Origin: a virus
Lineage: Duplodnaviria > Caudoviricetes
Reading direction: 5' to 3' (one strand)
Length of the DNA: 29,949 nt
IMG/VR virus record: IMGVR_UViG_3300012667_000671
Span: 1 to 29,949 of that record
The position numbers were made by a program, and so were the translations under genes. Shown piece after piece: positions 1 to 8,546 of the stretch; position 1 is the stretch's first letter; each line of letters begins with the position of its first letter. A model generated the notes under the pieces. That model was not told the origin of the DNA and searched no databases. It was given only the letters and a program-made list of their open reading frames with translations.

Positions 1-25
1 CTCTCTCCCTGTCCTCGTAGGGACG

Positions 26-55
26 AGTATACATAGGTCCTAGAAAACGTGTCTA
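26..55 (-). promoter_or_regulatory. Putative sigma-70 promoter firing leftwards out of the window
   Basis: Minus strand reads TAGACA (55-50), 18 nt, TATACT (31-26), with an A-rich upstream tract. Confidence 0.55.
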
Positions 56-268
56 CCCCTTTTTCTGTGTTTCTTCACTTTTCTTGAAGAAAGTTTCTAC
101 TCGCACAAGAAACCTGCTTGCAAGAAACAAAGGCTGCTGCCCCAGCAAGGGAGCAGCAGCCACCGAACAAGCAAGCCTCTGTCTCTTGGGTAGTTGGTAG
201 TCCATGAACAGACCGCGGAAGCAAGAGCCGAAGGCAAGAACTTTCTTTCAACTTTCTTCATCTAGGTA

Positions 269-297
269 TAGACAAACTCCCATTGGTATGTTACTGT
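269..297 (+). promoter_or_regulatory. Putative sigma-70 promoter with extended -10
   Basis: TAGACA (269-274), 17 nt, TACTGT (292-297) with TG at 289-290; upstream of the ATG at 324. Confidence 0.55.
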
Positions 298-323
298 CAC
301 TACATCAACCACTGAGGTGCCTT

Positions 324-689
324 ATGACTCGCTTCGCCAAAGACTCTAACTTCTCTCTGTTCTGCTCTTACCTGTCTCCCCGAGAGGAGACTATTCTCTT
401 GTGGCGTGTAGGAGTAATGAGCCAGGAGGAAGCTGAGCTTCGTTTGAATGTTGATGGCCCGCAGCTTCATAGGTACAAGCGTGCTCTCCGTACCAAGATG
501 GAGAACGATGATGGTCGTGTGCTTATGCTTACCCGTGAGCATGTAGCTATCCTATGTGAACGCTTCAGTGGTATCAACCGTAAGGAGCTAGCCTACATCA
601 CTCGCTTCAGTGGAGAGACTTATGCTAAGGAAGTGAATGCCTTTGGGAAGTCCCTGCTTGGTGTACTTGGAGCTACCAACAACCTGTAA
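324..689 (+). CDS. Putative DNA-binding protein, sigma-70 region 4/LuxR-like HTH
   Basis: Start moved from 204 to ATG 324 because GAGGTG RBS precedes it. LSPREETILLWR..MSQEEAELRLNV resembles a sigma r4-type HTH. Confidence 0.55.
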   Translation: MTRFAKDSNFSLFCSYLSPREETILLWRVGVMSQEEAELRLNVDGPQLHRYKRALRTKMENDDGRVLMLTREHVAILCERFSGINRKELAYITRFSGETYAKEVNAFGKSLLGVLGATNNL

Positions 690-705
690 GCGAAGGTGCC
701 TTGTA

Positions 706-738
706 TAGAAGGCGCCACCCATATTCCTCTATGTAGCC
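706..738 (+). promoter_or_regulatory. Recurrent intergenic motif, copy A (putative phage-specific promoter or operator)
   Basis: TAGAAGGCGCCACCCATATTCCTCTATGTAGCC; related copies occur in other intergenic gaps. Confidence 0.6.
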
Positions 739-760
739 CTAATAAGAAAGGAAAACAACA

Positions 761-1168
761 ATGTCAGTACGAACAGTACGCTTAACCATAACGACATTCG
801 AGCCTGTAAGCCTACACGATGAAGGAGCCTTTGATGCTCTCCAGAAGAGCATCAAGGCCAAAGGACCGGATGTAACAAGACTACCAACCCTAACAACAAG
901 AGAAGACACTACCCTAGCATGGAACCTACAAGCAGACTCTTGGTGTAACAAGTTCAGTGTATGGGCTAAGAAGAACATGAGCCCCGCTCTCTACAAGAGC
1001 ATGAGGATAGAGCTTCTAACAGCAGTACGTACAGCCTTCAGAAAGGCACACTACACCAAGATAGAACGCTTCATATGGGATGGTACCAAAGCCTATGACG
1101 CCGATGATGTATTGAACCTAGACAGAGTATCCGCATATTTCACCGTAGTATTCCAAGGAGACGAATAG
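761..1168 (+). CDS. Hypothetical phage protein (135 aa)
   Basis: AAAGGA RBS, codon style like neighbours, 1 nt from next ORF. Confidence 0.75.
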   Translation: MSVRTVRLTITTFEPVSLHDEGAFDALQKSIKAKGPDVTRLPTLTTREDTTLAWNLQADSWCNKFSVWAKKNMSPALYKSMRIELLTAVRTAFRKAHYTKIERFIWDGTKAYDADDVLNLDRVSAYFTVVFQGDE

Positions 1169-1169
1169 C

Positions 1170-1541
1170 ATGTTCAGCAACCTACCACCCGATAAGGCTC
1201 TCTTCCTTATCAGCGGCATTACCAAACACCTCATCTCCGATATCATGGAGAACCACGACATAGTTGGCTGGGAGTACATCTTGGTGCTGATAGAGGCAAA
1301 CCAAGAAGCCTATGATAGACTGTTCTATTCTAGCAACAAAAGCCTGCACGGTACTGAATACTACCACTACTACTGTGATAACCACAACGAACTGCTAAAC
1401 CTACAAGCTATAAAGTTTGCACTTGGAAATACGAACAAGCACGCACAAGCCGCATACCATCCACCTGCTGATAGTGATAGCAACAGCACGCAGATAGCTA
1501 TAGAGCTATTCCGACGCCTTAGAAATGAAGGCAAAGAGTAG
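1170..1541 (+). CDS. Hypothetical phage protein (123 aa)
   Basis: AAGGAG RBS inside the upstream gene end; tight operon packing. Confidence 0.75.
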   Translation: MFSNLPPDKALFLISGITKHLISDIMENHDIVGWEYILVLIEANQEAYDRLFYSSNKSLHGTEYYHYYCDNHNELLNLQAIKFALGNTNKHAQAAYHPPADSDSNSTQIAIELFRRLRNEGKE

Positions 1542-1549
1542 TACCGTTA

Positions 1550-1583
1550 AGAAGCGGCCCATCCATTTATTCCCTACCTAGCC
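1550..1583 (+). promoter_or_regulatory. Recurrent intergenic motif, copy B
   Basis: AGAAGCGGCCCATCCATTTATTCCCTACCTAGCC just before the RBS of the gene at 1600. Confidence 0.6.
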
Positions 1584-1599
1584 ATTCAAGGAGTACACC

Positions 1600-1941
1600 A
1601 TGAAGAAGTTCACAAAGCTAATATTCCCCGAGAACAACGGTATAGAACGTATAGCACAGGTAGCTTCCCACGAAGCTGCCTGCATAAGCACTATAGATGG
1701 CGAAGTAGAAGAGGATGGGTCGTTCACCTCAGAGAAGGAAAAGGAACCTAGCTTCACTATAGAAGGCGTATGTAGGCTGAACATCCTCACCGAGAAACAA
1801 AAGGTTGTTCTTTACAAACGCTTAGTGGAGGATAGAACCTACGACGATATAGGTAAGGAGCTTGGTACATCGAGACAGAACATCTTCGAGATGTACCACA
1901 AAGCTATCAAGCGTCTATCTGACAACCAAACTTGGAGGTGA
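1600..1941 (+). CDS. Sigma-70 region 4 domain HTH protein (possible late-gene regulator)
   Basis: C-terminal LTEKQKVVLYKRLVEDRTYDDIGKELGTSRQNIFEMYHKAIKRL is a typical sigma r4 pattern; AAGGAG RBS. Confidence 0.8.
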   Translation: MKKFTKLIFPENNGIERIAQVASHEAACISTIDGEVEEDGSFTSEKEKEPSFTIEGVCRLNILTEKQKVVLYKRLVEDRTYDDIGKELGTSRQNIFEMYHKAIKRLSDNQTWR

Positions 1942-1944
1942 AGA

Positions 1945-2190
1945 ATGAGAGTATCAACTAAACGTAACCGTGCTCTTAAGGAAAAGGATATCATAGCTCT
2001 TGTATGGGCTATGCTTGAAGAGACTATCGAGGACATTGATGAAGCCAAGGAACCTCGTTACGGTAAGACATTCCTCGCAGCGGGAGTACAGCAACTGTGT
2101 GCGGACAACGCACGCAACAAAGCTCTTGGACAAGATGATGATGGCAAGGTAACTGAGCTTGCAACTTGGGTTGAGAAGAAGAAGGCATAA
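1945..2190 (+). CDS. Hypothetical protein, possible terminase small subunit
   Basis: GGAGG RBS; 81 aa, directly upstream of the large terminase. The function call is positional only. Confidence 0.5.
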   Translation: MRVSTKRNRALKEKDIIALVWAMLEETIEDIDEAKEPRYGKTFLAAGVQQLCADNARNKALGQDDDGKVTELATWVEKKKA

Positions 2191-2193
2191 CCA

Positions 2194-3750
2194 ATGGCAC
2201 CTACTAGAAGAAAGAGGCATAAGCCTATCATACTCTCACCTGAAATAGAGGCCATTTACAATGACCCTGTTCAGTTCATATCTAGACTTGTGATAAGAAA
2301 CAAGGACTCGGTGGAAGTAGACTTTGCCTTGAACAACGAACAGGTACGAATGGTCGATACATTCGAGACAACCAAAGAGAACATAGTCATACTGAAAGGT
2401 AGGCAGATAGGTTCATCCACGCTTGTATCCGCGTACCTATTCTGGAAGTGGTATACTAGCAAGACTCCCATTGTCGTATGTGTAATGAGCCACGGAGCCG
2501 AGTCCGTAGCTCGCTTGCAAGAGATGTGGAAGCGTTTCTATGCTGGCTTACCTGATGCTTTGAAGAGGCCAGTTACTCCTCTCAATGATACAGTCATGCG
2601 TTTACCAGACACAGGAGCCGAGGCTTTATTCTACTCCTCAGAGAAGAAGGGTGGTCTTCGTGGTTTCTCAGCTAACTACGTACACCTATCAGAGTATGCC
2701 TTTGCTGATGACGGTAAGGAACTCAAAGCTACTGCTCTTGCTGCTGTGAACAAGGGTAGGCTTATCACTGAGTCTACTGCAAACAACTTCGGTGACCCAC
2801 ATTATGATGACGTAGCAATGGCCCTTAGAGGAGAAGGTAACATGCGCCTTCTATTCTTCCCTTGGTCTGAACACGTACACTATAAAGAAGAGCTTCCTTC
2901 TAACGGCCTAACCCTAACCTCAGAAGAGGAACAGCTAAAGTCTAAGTTCAACCTGAGCGACGAGCAACTCTACTGGAGGCGTATCAATGTACAAGCCTTC
3001 GGTCTATTCAAGTTCCGTAGAGAATACCCACTGACAATAGATGAAGCTTATGGCGGTAAGAGCGATGCTTACTTCACTGAAGAAGACCTGAGCCTAGTAC
3101 ATACATACCCAAGGTCACCAAGCACTTCTATCTACTACCTTCGCAAACCAGAGAGAGGCAACGCCTATGGTATCGGAGTAGACGTAGGCACAGGCACAGG
3201 TGGCGACTCAACAGTCGTCACCGTAATGGACAAGCGCACATACTCTCCTGTAGCTGTATGGTCCTCCAACACACAGGGCTACCCAGCGGTAGCCAACATC
3301 ATTGAACATCTAAGCAAGGAATATGGACAAGCCAAGGTGCTCATAGAAGGGAATGGCATTGCTGCTGGGTTACTCAACGAACTTAGGCACCGTAACTTCT
3401 CTTGCTTATGGCAACACCCTGATACTTGCAAGGACTGGAACACTAACAGCCAAACCAAGTGGCAGTTGTTTGAGGAGCTTAAAGAAGCATTCCGCCAAGG
3501 ACTTATCCAGACTATCGACAGCTTAACGATGCTAGAGCTACGAGCCTTCTTCGTAAACAAAAGCGGCAACATAGACTTCCCTCGTAACTTGAAGACACAT
3601 GGAGACTTTGTAGTTTCACTAGCACTAGCATTCCAATGTCTTAAGACAGTACGCATACCAACAGCAGAGTTCATCCCTGACTGGGCTCGTAAGAAGAACC
3701 TAGAGAAACTCACCAATGACCTATCATACCAAGGTCTACGCAAACGCTGA
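2194..3750 (+). CDS. terL: Terminase large subunit
   Basis: Walker A LKGRQIGSST, Walker B-like YVHLSE, ESTAN motif, FRREYP, RNase H-like GVDVGTG..DST and C-terminal HGDFVVSLALA. Confidence 0.93.
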   Translation: MAPTRRKRHKPIILSPEIEAIYNDPVQFISRLVIRNKDSVEVDFALNNEQVRMVDTFETTKENIVILKGRQIGSSTLVSAYLFWKWYTSKTPIVVCVMSHGAESVARLQEMWKRFYAGLPDALKRPVTPLNDTVMRLPDTGAEALFYSSEKKGGLRGFSANYVHLSEYAFADDGKELKATALAAVNKGRLITESTANNFGDPHYDDVAMALRGEGNMRLLFFPWSEHVHYKEELPSNGLTLTSEEEQLKSKFNLSDEQLYWRRINVQAFGLFKFRREYPLTIDEAYGGKSDAYFTEEDLSLVHTYPRSPSTSIYYLRKPERGNAYGIGVDVGTGTGGDSTVVTVMDKRTYSPVAVWSSNTQGYPAVANIIEHLSKEYGQAKVLIEGNGIAAGLLNELRHRNFSCLWQHPDTCKDWNTNSQTKWQLFEELKEAFRQGLIQTIDSLTMLELRAFFVNKSGNIDFPRNLKTHGDFVVSLALAFQCLKTVRIPTAEFIPDWARKKNLEKLTNDLSYQGLRKR

Positions 3751-3771
3751 GCCTTTACCATCTACATAGCC
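3741..3771 (+). promoter_or_regulatory. Recurrent intergenic motif, degenerate copy before portal
   Basis: CAAACGC...CATCTACATAGCC matches the CTAYNTAGCC core. Confidence 0.45.
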
Positions 3772-3795
3772 ATGAACACTTATAAGGAGTAACAT

Positions 3796-5391
3796 ATGGA
3801 AACATCATCTGATATCGCTGCCATCATCAAGCAAGTACTGGAGGAGCATTCTCGTTACTGGCAGGACCGTCTTCCTGAGATGAAGCGACTGAGAGCAGCG
3901 TATATGACGACGTTCTTCGAGGGACTGGATATTATCCCTGGTAACATCAGAGTAGAGACAGCAGATGGCTATGCCTTCGTAGAGTCCTTTATGGCTGCTC
4001 TGTTCGAGAAGGCACCATCAGTAGAGGTTGACTCTATCATCGCGTCTCCTGAGTCCACTGACGTAGCCAAGAGCATCGTTAATGACTGGCTCAATGGTAG
4101 CAGGAAAGCTTTAGAGAATGGTTCACGCCTAGCTCTGATATACCCAATGTCGTTCTTCAAGGTCACACCTAAGACAAGCGCGAATGTACTTAAGAGTGTA
4201 AACGCTAGAGCACTAGAGCCTTGGGTAGTTATTGTAGATAGAGAAGCTGACCTGTGGGAAGAGCAAAGGTACTGCGGCCATTACTACTACTTGCCCTTAG
4301 GAGAAGCAAGAAAGCTCTATCCCAAGGCAACACTACAGCCCATATCCAAGCCCAACTACTTTGATAGCACAGAAGTAAGAGATGGCTTCCTGCCAGATGA
4401 CCTACGCTTCATACAGGTGGTGGAGTTCTATGACTTGGTAAGGGACAAGCTACACTTCTATAGCCCACAAGCTGTAGACAACGACGGCGTCCTATTCTCT
4501 TCAAGCATTCCTCTAAGAAACCCTGATGGAACTGCTCTCCTTCCTGTATCGCCACTGTACTACAGCAGAACACCTGATAGGCCCCTAGAAGGATACAGCA
4601 CTCTTGGAAGAATATATGACCAGCTAGCAGAGAAGAACATCCTAAGAAGCCATTGGGCTAACGCTGTCCGCAGGGACAGCAGACAGTACCTCTACAAGAA
4701 GGATGCTATCGACGCTGAGAGTCTAGCTAAGCTCACAGCAGGTGTTGATGGACTCATGATAGCTATTGAAGGTGAGAACCTTGAAGGTGTCATCAAAGCA
4801 GTACCGGTAGAACCTATCTCTGCTAACTTTGATAGGTACCTACAAGCCATCGAGCAAGACATTTCCCGTGGTTCAGTACTGGCTCCATTCGCTAGAGGAG
4901 AAGCCACTAGGGCTACAGCTACTGAGGTTACAGCATTAGCTCAGTATACTGCATCTGAGATAGGTCGTATGGCTAGAGAACGTGACGAGGCTATAGAGCT
5001 ACTGTCTCACATCTATCTAAGAGCACTAGTAACTAACCTCGATGAAGACAAGAAGCCTATCATCATGGTCAACAAGAAAGCCCGCGCTATCACTAGTAGC
5101 ATGATAGACCACGACTTCAGGTTCTATGCACTAGACCAAGGAGCCACCCCACTATCCAATGCTGATAAACAGAACAGACTACTGAACCTATTGGAGACAC
5201 TTACTGCTCTTGGTGTACCTATGCCTGTCCTTAAGGAAGAGCTTATCCGTGTCTTCGGTCTTCCAGATAGCTTCCTGCAAGAGCCGGTCCCTGAACCGGC
5301 TGTCGATACGCCTCCGCCTGTTGACGCTGATGTACCCGTAGAGGAAGTGGATGCTGCTGCTGCCGTTGGTATGCCAGAAGGAGAGGTGTAA
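3796..5391 (+). CDS. Portal protein
   Basis: 531 aa directly after TerL; RGEATRATATEV motif typical of podovirus portals; acidic Pro-rich tail. Confidence 0.88.
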   Translation: METSSDIAAIIKQVLEEHSRYWQDRLPEMKRLRAAYMTTFFEGLDIIPGNIRVETADGYAFVESFMAALFEKAPSVEVDSIIASPESTDVAKSIVNDWLNGSRKALENGSRLALIYPMSFFKVTPKTSANVLKSVNARALEPWVVIVDREADLWEEQRYCGHYYYLPLGEARKLYPKATLQPISKPNYFDSTEVRDGFLPDDLRFIQVVEFYDLVRDKLHFYSPQAVDNDGVLFSSSIPLRNPDGTALLPVSPLYYSRTPDRPLEGYSTLGRIYDQLAEKNILRSHWANAVRRDSRQYLYKKDAIDAESLAKLTAGVDGLMIAIEGENLEGVIKAVPVEPISANFDRYLQAIEQDISRGSVLAPFARGEATRATATEVTALAQYTASEIGRMARERDEAIELLSHIYLRALVTNLDEDKKPIIMVNKKARAITSSMIDHDFRFYALDQGATPLSNADKQNRLLNLLETLTALGVPMPVLKEELIRVFGLPDSFLQEPVPEPAVDTPPPVDADVPVEEVDAAAAVGMPEGEV

Positions 5392-5392
5392 T

Positions 5393-5818
5393 ATGCCTAT
5401 CAGAGAATACCGTTGCCCCTCATGCTATAGAACAGAAGAGCGTTTCTTTCAAAGAGCATCTGCTGATGCTACGCTACAGTGTCCTAAGTGTAATGTACAC
5501 ATGCCTCGTGCCATATCTCTACCAGCCCGTGTAGGAGAGAGCTTCTGGTCTGAGCAAGCAGGCTGTAGAGTAGAAGGCAAGGGACAGGAGGAGCAGATGA
5601 TGAAGCAGAAAGGCTTCACTCGCTTGACGGCATCAGAGTTTGATGAGCTTGCAGACCGTTATACAGAGCAAAGAGACATTGCTATTAGGAAGCAAGACAA
5701 AGTGAATGACGAGTACAATGACCTCGTTACTAAGCACGGTGGCGATAAGGAAGCTGCCTCTGGTGAGATGTATACGGCTGAGCGTTTCAAAGCTGGTGAC
5801 TTCGATACTGGCTACTAA
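5393..5818 (+). CDS. FmdB-family zinc-ribbon protein
   Basis: Start moved to ATG 5393 (GAGG RBS). MPIREYRCPSC...CPKC is the FmdB CxxC-CxxC pattern. Confidence 0.8.
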   Translation: MPIREYRCPSCYRTEERFFQRASADATLQCPKCNVHMPRAISLPARVGESFWSEQAGCRVEGKGQEEQMMKQKGFTRLTASEFDELADRYTEQRDIAIRKQDKVNDEYNDLVTKHGGDKEAASGEMYTAERFKAGDFDTGY

Positions 5819-5845
5819 CCTACTACAATAAGGAGCTTGAACACA

Positions 5846-6364
5846 ATGGCTATCAACGACATGCTTGGAATGAACAAAGAACTGAAGAGCCCCCAACTAA
5901 AAGAAGTCTCTGTATCTATCTCTGAGGTAGAGAACGAAGAGGAGGGCCTGCTCTCTGATATGGCTCCTAAGGGAGAGTGGAGTGTGGAAGCTATGAACAT
6001 CTTCCTGGACTCTTTGAATAAGGTCGCCGCCTTATTCTCCCTACCAGCCTTCGATAAGGTAAAAGAAGTAGTGACGGTAATACCTACCCCTATAGTCAAA
6101 GCACTTATCATGATACAAGATGCAGTAGAAGATGCAGTAGAACAAGAGGTGGTATCTCCTGACCTAGCCTTCGATGTATCGGCTCTTACGGACGACAAGA
6201 ACCTCGGCCTCTTAGGTGGTAAGCTTGACCTCTTGGCGAAGGACAGAGAGCTGCGACGCTTTCTGAAGGAGGAGTCCTCGAAAGAGGAAGTAGCTTCTGA
6301 GCCGGAAGATGCTACGATGCCAGTAGAAGAGGATGTAGAAGCCCTCTTCGCTTCTAGAATGTAA
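5846..6364 (+). CDS. Acidic hypothetical head-module protein
   Basis: AAGGAG RBS about 10 nt before ATG 5846; very Glu/Asp-rich. Confidence 0.7.
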   Translation: MAINDMLGMNKELKSPQLKEVSVSISEVENEEEGLLSDMAPKGEWSVEAMNIFLDSLNKVAALFSLPAFDKVKEVVTVIPTPIVKALIMIQDAVEDAVEQEVVSPDLAFDVSALTDDKNLGLLGGKLDLLAKDRELRRFLKEESSKEEVASEPEDATMPVEEDVEALFASRM

Positions 6365-6381
6365 GCACCTGAACCTATCAC

Positions 6382-6403
6382 GGTGGCCCCTCGTGGGGCC
6401 ACC
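6382..6403. other. Perfect 9-bp GC-rich hairpin without U-tract
   Basis: GGTGGCCCC-TCGT-GGGGCCACC. Confidence 0.6.
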
Positions 6404-6423
6404 TCCATTAAAGGAACACTGAA

Positions 6424-6615
6424 ATGAACAAGCTAACACCATATTCGCTTTCTGGCTATAGCCATAGTCCCTACTTTGAGAACCTTGATAGACTGCTGAC
6501 GACCGGAGACTTGGGCAGCTTAGAGATGGACAAGCTTATCGCAGACCTCCGTGAGGCTGCTGACTACCTAGCCCTTGCCTCTAGTCCTAAGGTCGATGGC
6601 ATCATAACCGACTAA
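6424..6615 (+). CDS. Small hypothetical protein (63 aa)
   Basis: Fills the gap; preceded by the same TAAAGGAACACT leader as the gene at 6643, though spacing to the ATG is short. Confidence 0.55.
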   Translation: MNKLTPYSLSGYSHSPYFENLDRLLTTGDLGSLEMDKLIADLREAADYLALASSPKVDGIITD

Positions 6616-6642
6616 CAACCTAACGAATAAAGGAACACTACT

Positions 6643-7470
6643 ATGACGACACCCAACGCCTCACCCGTTGTGACCGAGCCAGTACCGGATATCAGTAGCC
6701 CTGTAGTAGAAGAGGCCGCCAATATTCCCCTACTCGCCCCTGAAGAAATAGATATCGAAGAGCTTATCAATGCTTCCTTCAAAGACGATGAAGTTCTATC
6801 AGATATTACAGCTACCCATAAGATAGGTAGGCCAGCACATGAAGTAGTAGCTGAGCTTCCTAGTGAAGCTCGCAAGGTAGTCCAGAACCTACGTTCAAGC
6901 TACTCTCGTAAGATGGCAGAGCTATCTACCTTGAAGAAGGAACTGGAAGCTGAACGCACCAAGCTCTCAGAGCAGACTAAGCTACTGACTGATAGCGACT
7001 TCACTCGTTCTCTTAGAACCAAGGCAGAGGACACTACCGAGCTAGACCCTTATGATGATGCACAAAGACAACTGCTCATTGAAAGAGAAGCCGCACGTAA
7101 TATGCAGTCTGTACTGGAACCACTCAAACGTGAAGTAGAAGCATTGGCCCGTAAGAAGGAACTCATTACCTTCAAAGAAGCGAACCCTGAACTGAATGAC
7201 CCAGCCATCAAAGCTGAGGTTGTTGAACTACTCAAAGCAAATGAAGAGATGAAACTAGAAGAGGCATTCTACTTCGTCCAAGGTAGACGCTTGGCAAAAG
7301 AGAAAGCCGCCAAACTTGCTGAGGCTAGACAGCTAAAGGAGAGTAGGCAGGAGTCCTTTGCTAAGACAAGCCCAGGTAGAAACCTCAATGGGCCTGTAGG
7401 AGAACCAGACTTTGCTACTCCCGGTGATGCTTACCGTTACTTCGCATCCCTGAAGGGAGTGAACCTGTAA
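6643..7470 (+). CDS. Capsid scaffolding protein (putative)
   Basis: Acidic disordered N-terminus, SYSRKMAEL motif (like YTRKTQEL of scaffolds), coiled coil, LEEAFY; lies between portal and capsid. Confidence 0.8.
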   Translation: MTTPNASPVVTEPVPDISSPVVEEAANIPLLAPEEIDIEELINASFKDDEVLSDITATHKIGRPAHEVVAELPSEARKVVQNLRSSYSRKMAELSTLKKELEAERTKLSEQTKLLTDSDFTRSLRTKAEDTTELDPYDDAQRQLLIEREAARNMQSVLEPLKREVEALARKKELITFKEANPELNDPAIKAEVVELLKANEEMKLEEAFYFVQGRRLAKEKAAKLAEARQLKESRQESFAKTSPGRNLNGPVGEPDFATPGDAYRYFASLKGVNL

Positions 7471-7492
7471 GCTATCCAAGACTAGGAAATGA

Positions 7493-7523
7493 AAAGAGGG
7501 AGGCCAAAGCCTCCCTCTTTCTT
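7493..7523. terminator. Bidirectional intrinsic terminator
   Basis: AAAGAGGGAGGC-CAAA-GCCTCCCTCTTT between convergent genes. Confidence 0.85.
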
Positions 7524-7534
7524 GTTGGTAGTTC

Positions 7535-7879
7535 TTAGAACGGTAGCCACTTCAAAGGATGGTCACTAGGGAACTCCGCCTCTGCTGTATCCACAGCCAT
7601 ATCTTCGTCCTTGTATATCTCAGTGTGTGTGGGACTGTCCTTGAAGCTAACCTCTACAAGCACATTAGCAAGCACATCTTCATACGAGAAGGTGAAGCAC
7701 CCACCATACATGGTGTGGAACTGGAACACACTAATAACGTCAGGAGCACCCCTAGAGGTCCAGCCATAGCTCTTCTCTTCCTCGTTGTACTCGAGTTCGT
7801 CTTCACCAAGCCACTCCTCTACACGCTCCCTACTCACATTACTCAGCACTTTCAGTTTGCAGTACACGGTATTCGACAT
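7535..7879 (-). CDS. Hypothetical protein, last gene of the inverted cassette
   Basis: AAAGGAG RBS 9 nt before ATG 7879. WTSRGAP..FTFSYED loosely recalls YubB/DUF1281 ferredoxin-like proteins (weak). Confidence 0.7.
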   Translation of the reverse strand: MSNTVYCKLKVLSNVSRERVEEWLGEDELEYNEEEKSYGWTSRGAPDVISVFQFHTMYGGCFTFSYEDVLANVLVEVSFKDSPTHTEIYKDEDMAVDTAEAEFPSDHPLKWLPF

Positions 7880-7901
7880 TTTCACGTACTCCTTTGTATT
7901 T

Positions 7902-8546
7902 CTACTGTGCTTCTATTTCACGTCTACGTTTCCAAGCTTCACGCATCTTAGCTTTGGTTTCTTCAGAACGACTCTTGCCTTTATTAGATGCCGCTATCTT
8001 TGCTTTATGTTCTTCGGATATAGACTTGCCCCTCTGGACTGCCGATAGCTTGGCCTTAGTCTCTTCAGAACGAGGCTTGCCCTTCTTAGCTGCCGCTATC
8101 TTAGCCTTCTGCTCTTCGGACATAGGCTTACCCTTCTGAACTGCTGATATCTTAGCTTTAGTTTCTTCGGAGGCAGTCTTTCCTTTGCGTGCTTCGGATA
8201 GCTTAGCTTTAGTCTCTTCGGAGTGGACCTTCCCCTTCTGTGCTTCAGACATCTTAGCTTTGGTTTCTGCATCAGGATACCTAGCTTTGATAGCTGTACC
8301 ACCAATAGTCTTGTTCAAGCCATTGCGATGGCTATCATAGCCGTCGATGAATGCCTTCTCAAAGAAGTCCAGGTAGTCGTCATCACAGGCTAGTAGAACC
8401 TCATAGCTGTACTGGTCAGGTGGGAAGCGTTTGTAGTGTCGCTTCCATCTGGCTTCAATGTTTTTGCTCTGCCCAATATAGATGGCCACACGGGCCATCC
8501 TTGCTACGGGGCAGAGTGCTTCTATTTTGTAAATACCAGTTATCAT
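7902..8546 (-). CDS. GIY-YIG homing endonuclease with NUMOD3 repeats
   Basis: GIYKI...IYIGQSKNIEARWKRH, conserved Glu and GLN, then seven SEETKAKxSxxxKGK repeats. Start 8546 has an AAGGAG RBS and a TAATG overlap. Confidence 0.92.
   Translation of the reverse strand: MITGIYKIEALCPVARMARVAIYIGQSKNIEARWKRHYKRFPPDQYSYEVLLACDDDYLDFFEKAFIDGYDSHRNGLNKTIGGTAIKARYPDAETKAKMSEAQKGKVHSEETKAKLSEARKGKTASEETKAKISAVQKGKPMSEEQKAKIAAAKKGKPRSEETKAKLSAVQRGKSISEEHKAKIAASNKGKSRSEETKAKMREAWKRRREIEAQ
7927..8276 (-). repeat. Seven tandem 51-nt (17-aa) NUMOD3 coding repeats
   Basis: Recurring (C)TTAGCTTT..TCTCTTC units; translated units such as HSEETKAKLSEARKGK. Confidence 0.85.

Noticed and set aside
204-323. N-terminal extension of ORF 204..689
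   Set aside because: It overlaps the promoter region; the RBS supports ATG 324.
5815-6408. 197-aa minus ORF and other long antisense ORFs (3279..3761, 24623..25111, 26763..27248)
   Set aside because: Shadow frames of well-supported plus-strand genes, with no RBS or recognisable motifs.
7785-8139. Plus-strand ORFs with repeated LALVSSER
   Set aside because: Antisense reading of the NUMOD3 repeats.
7927-8276. 51-nt periodicity as a CRISPR array
   Set aside because: Degenerate in-frame coding repeats with no unique spacers and no cas genes.
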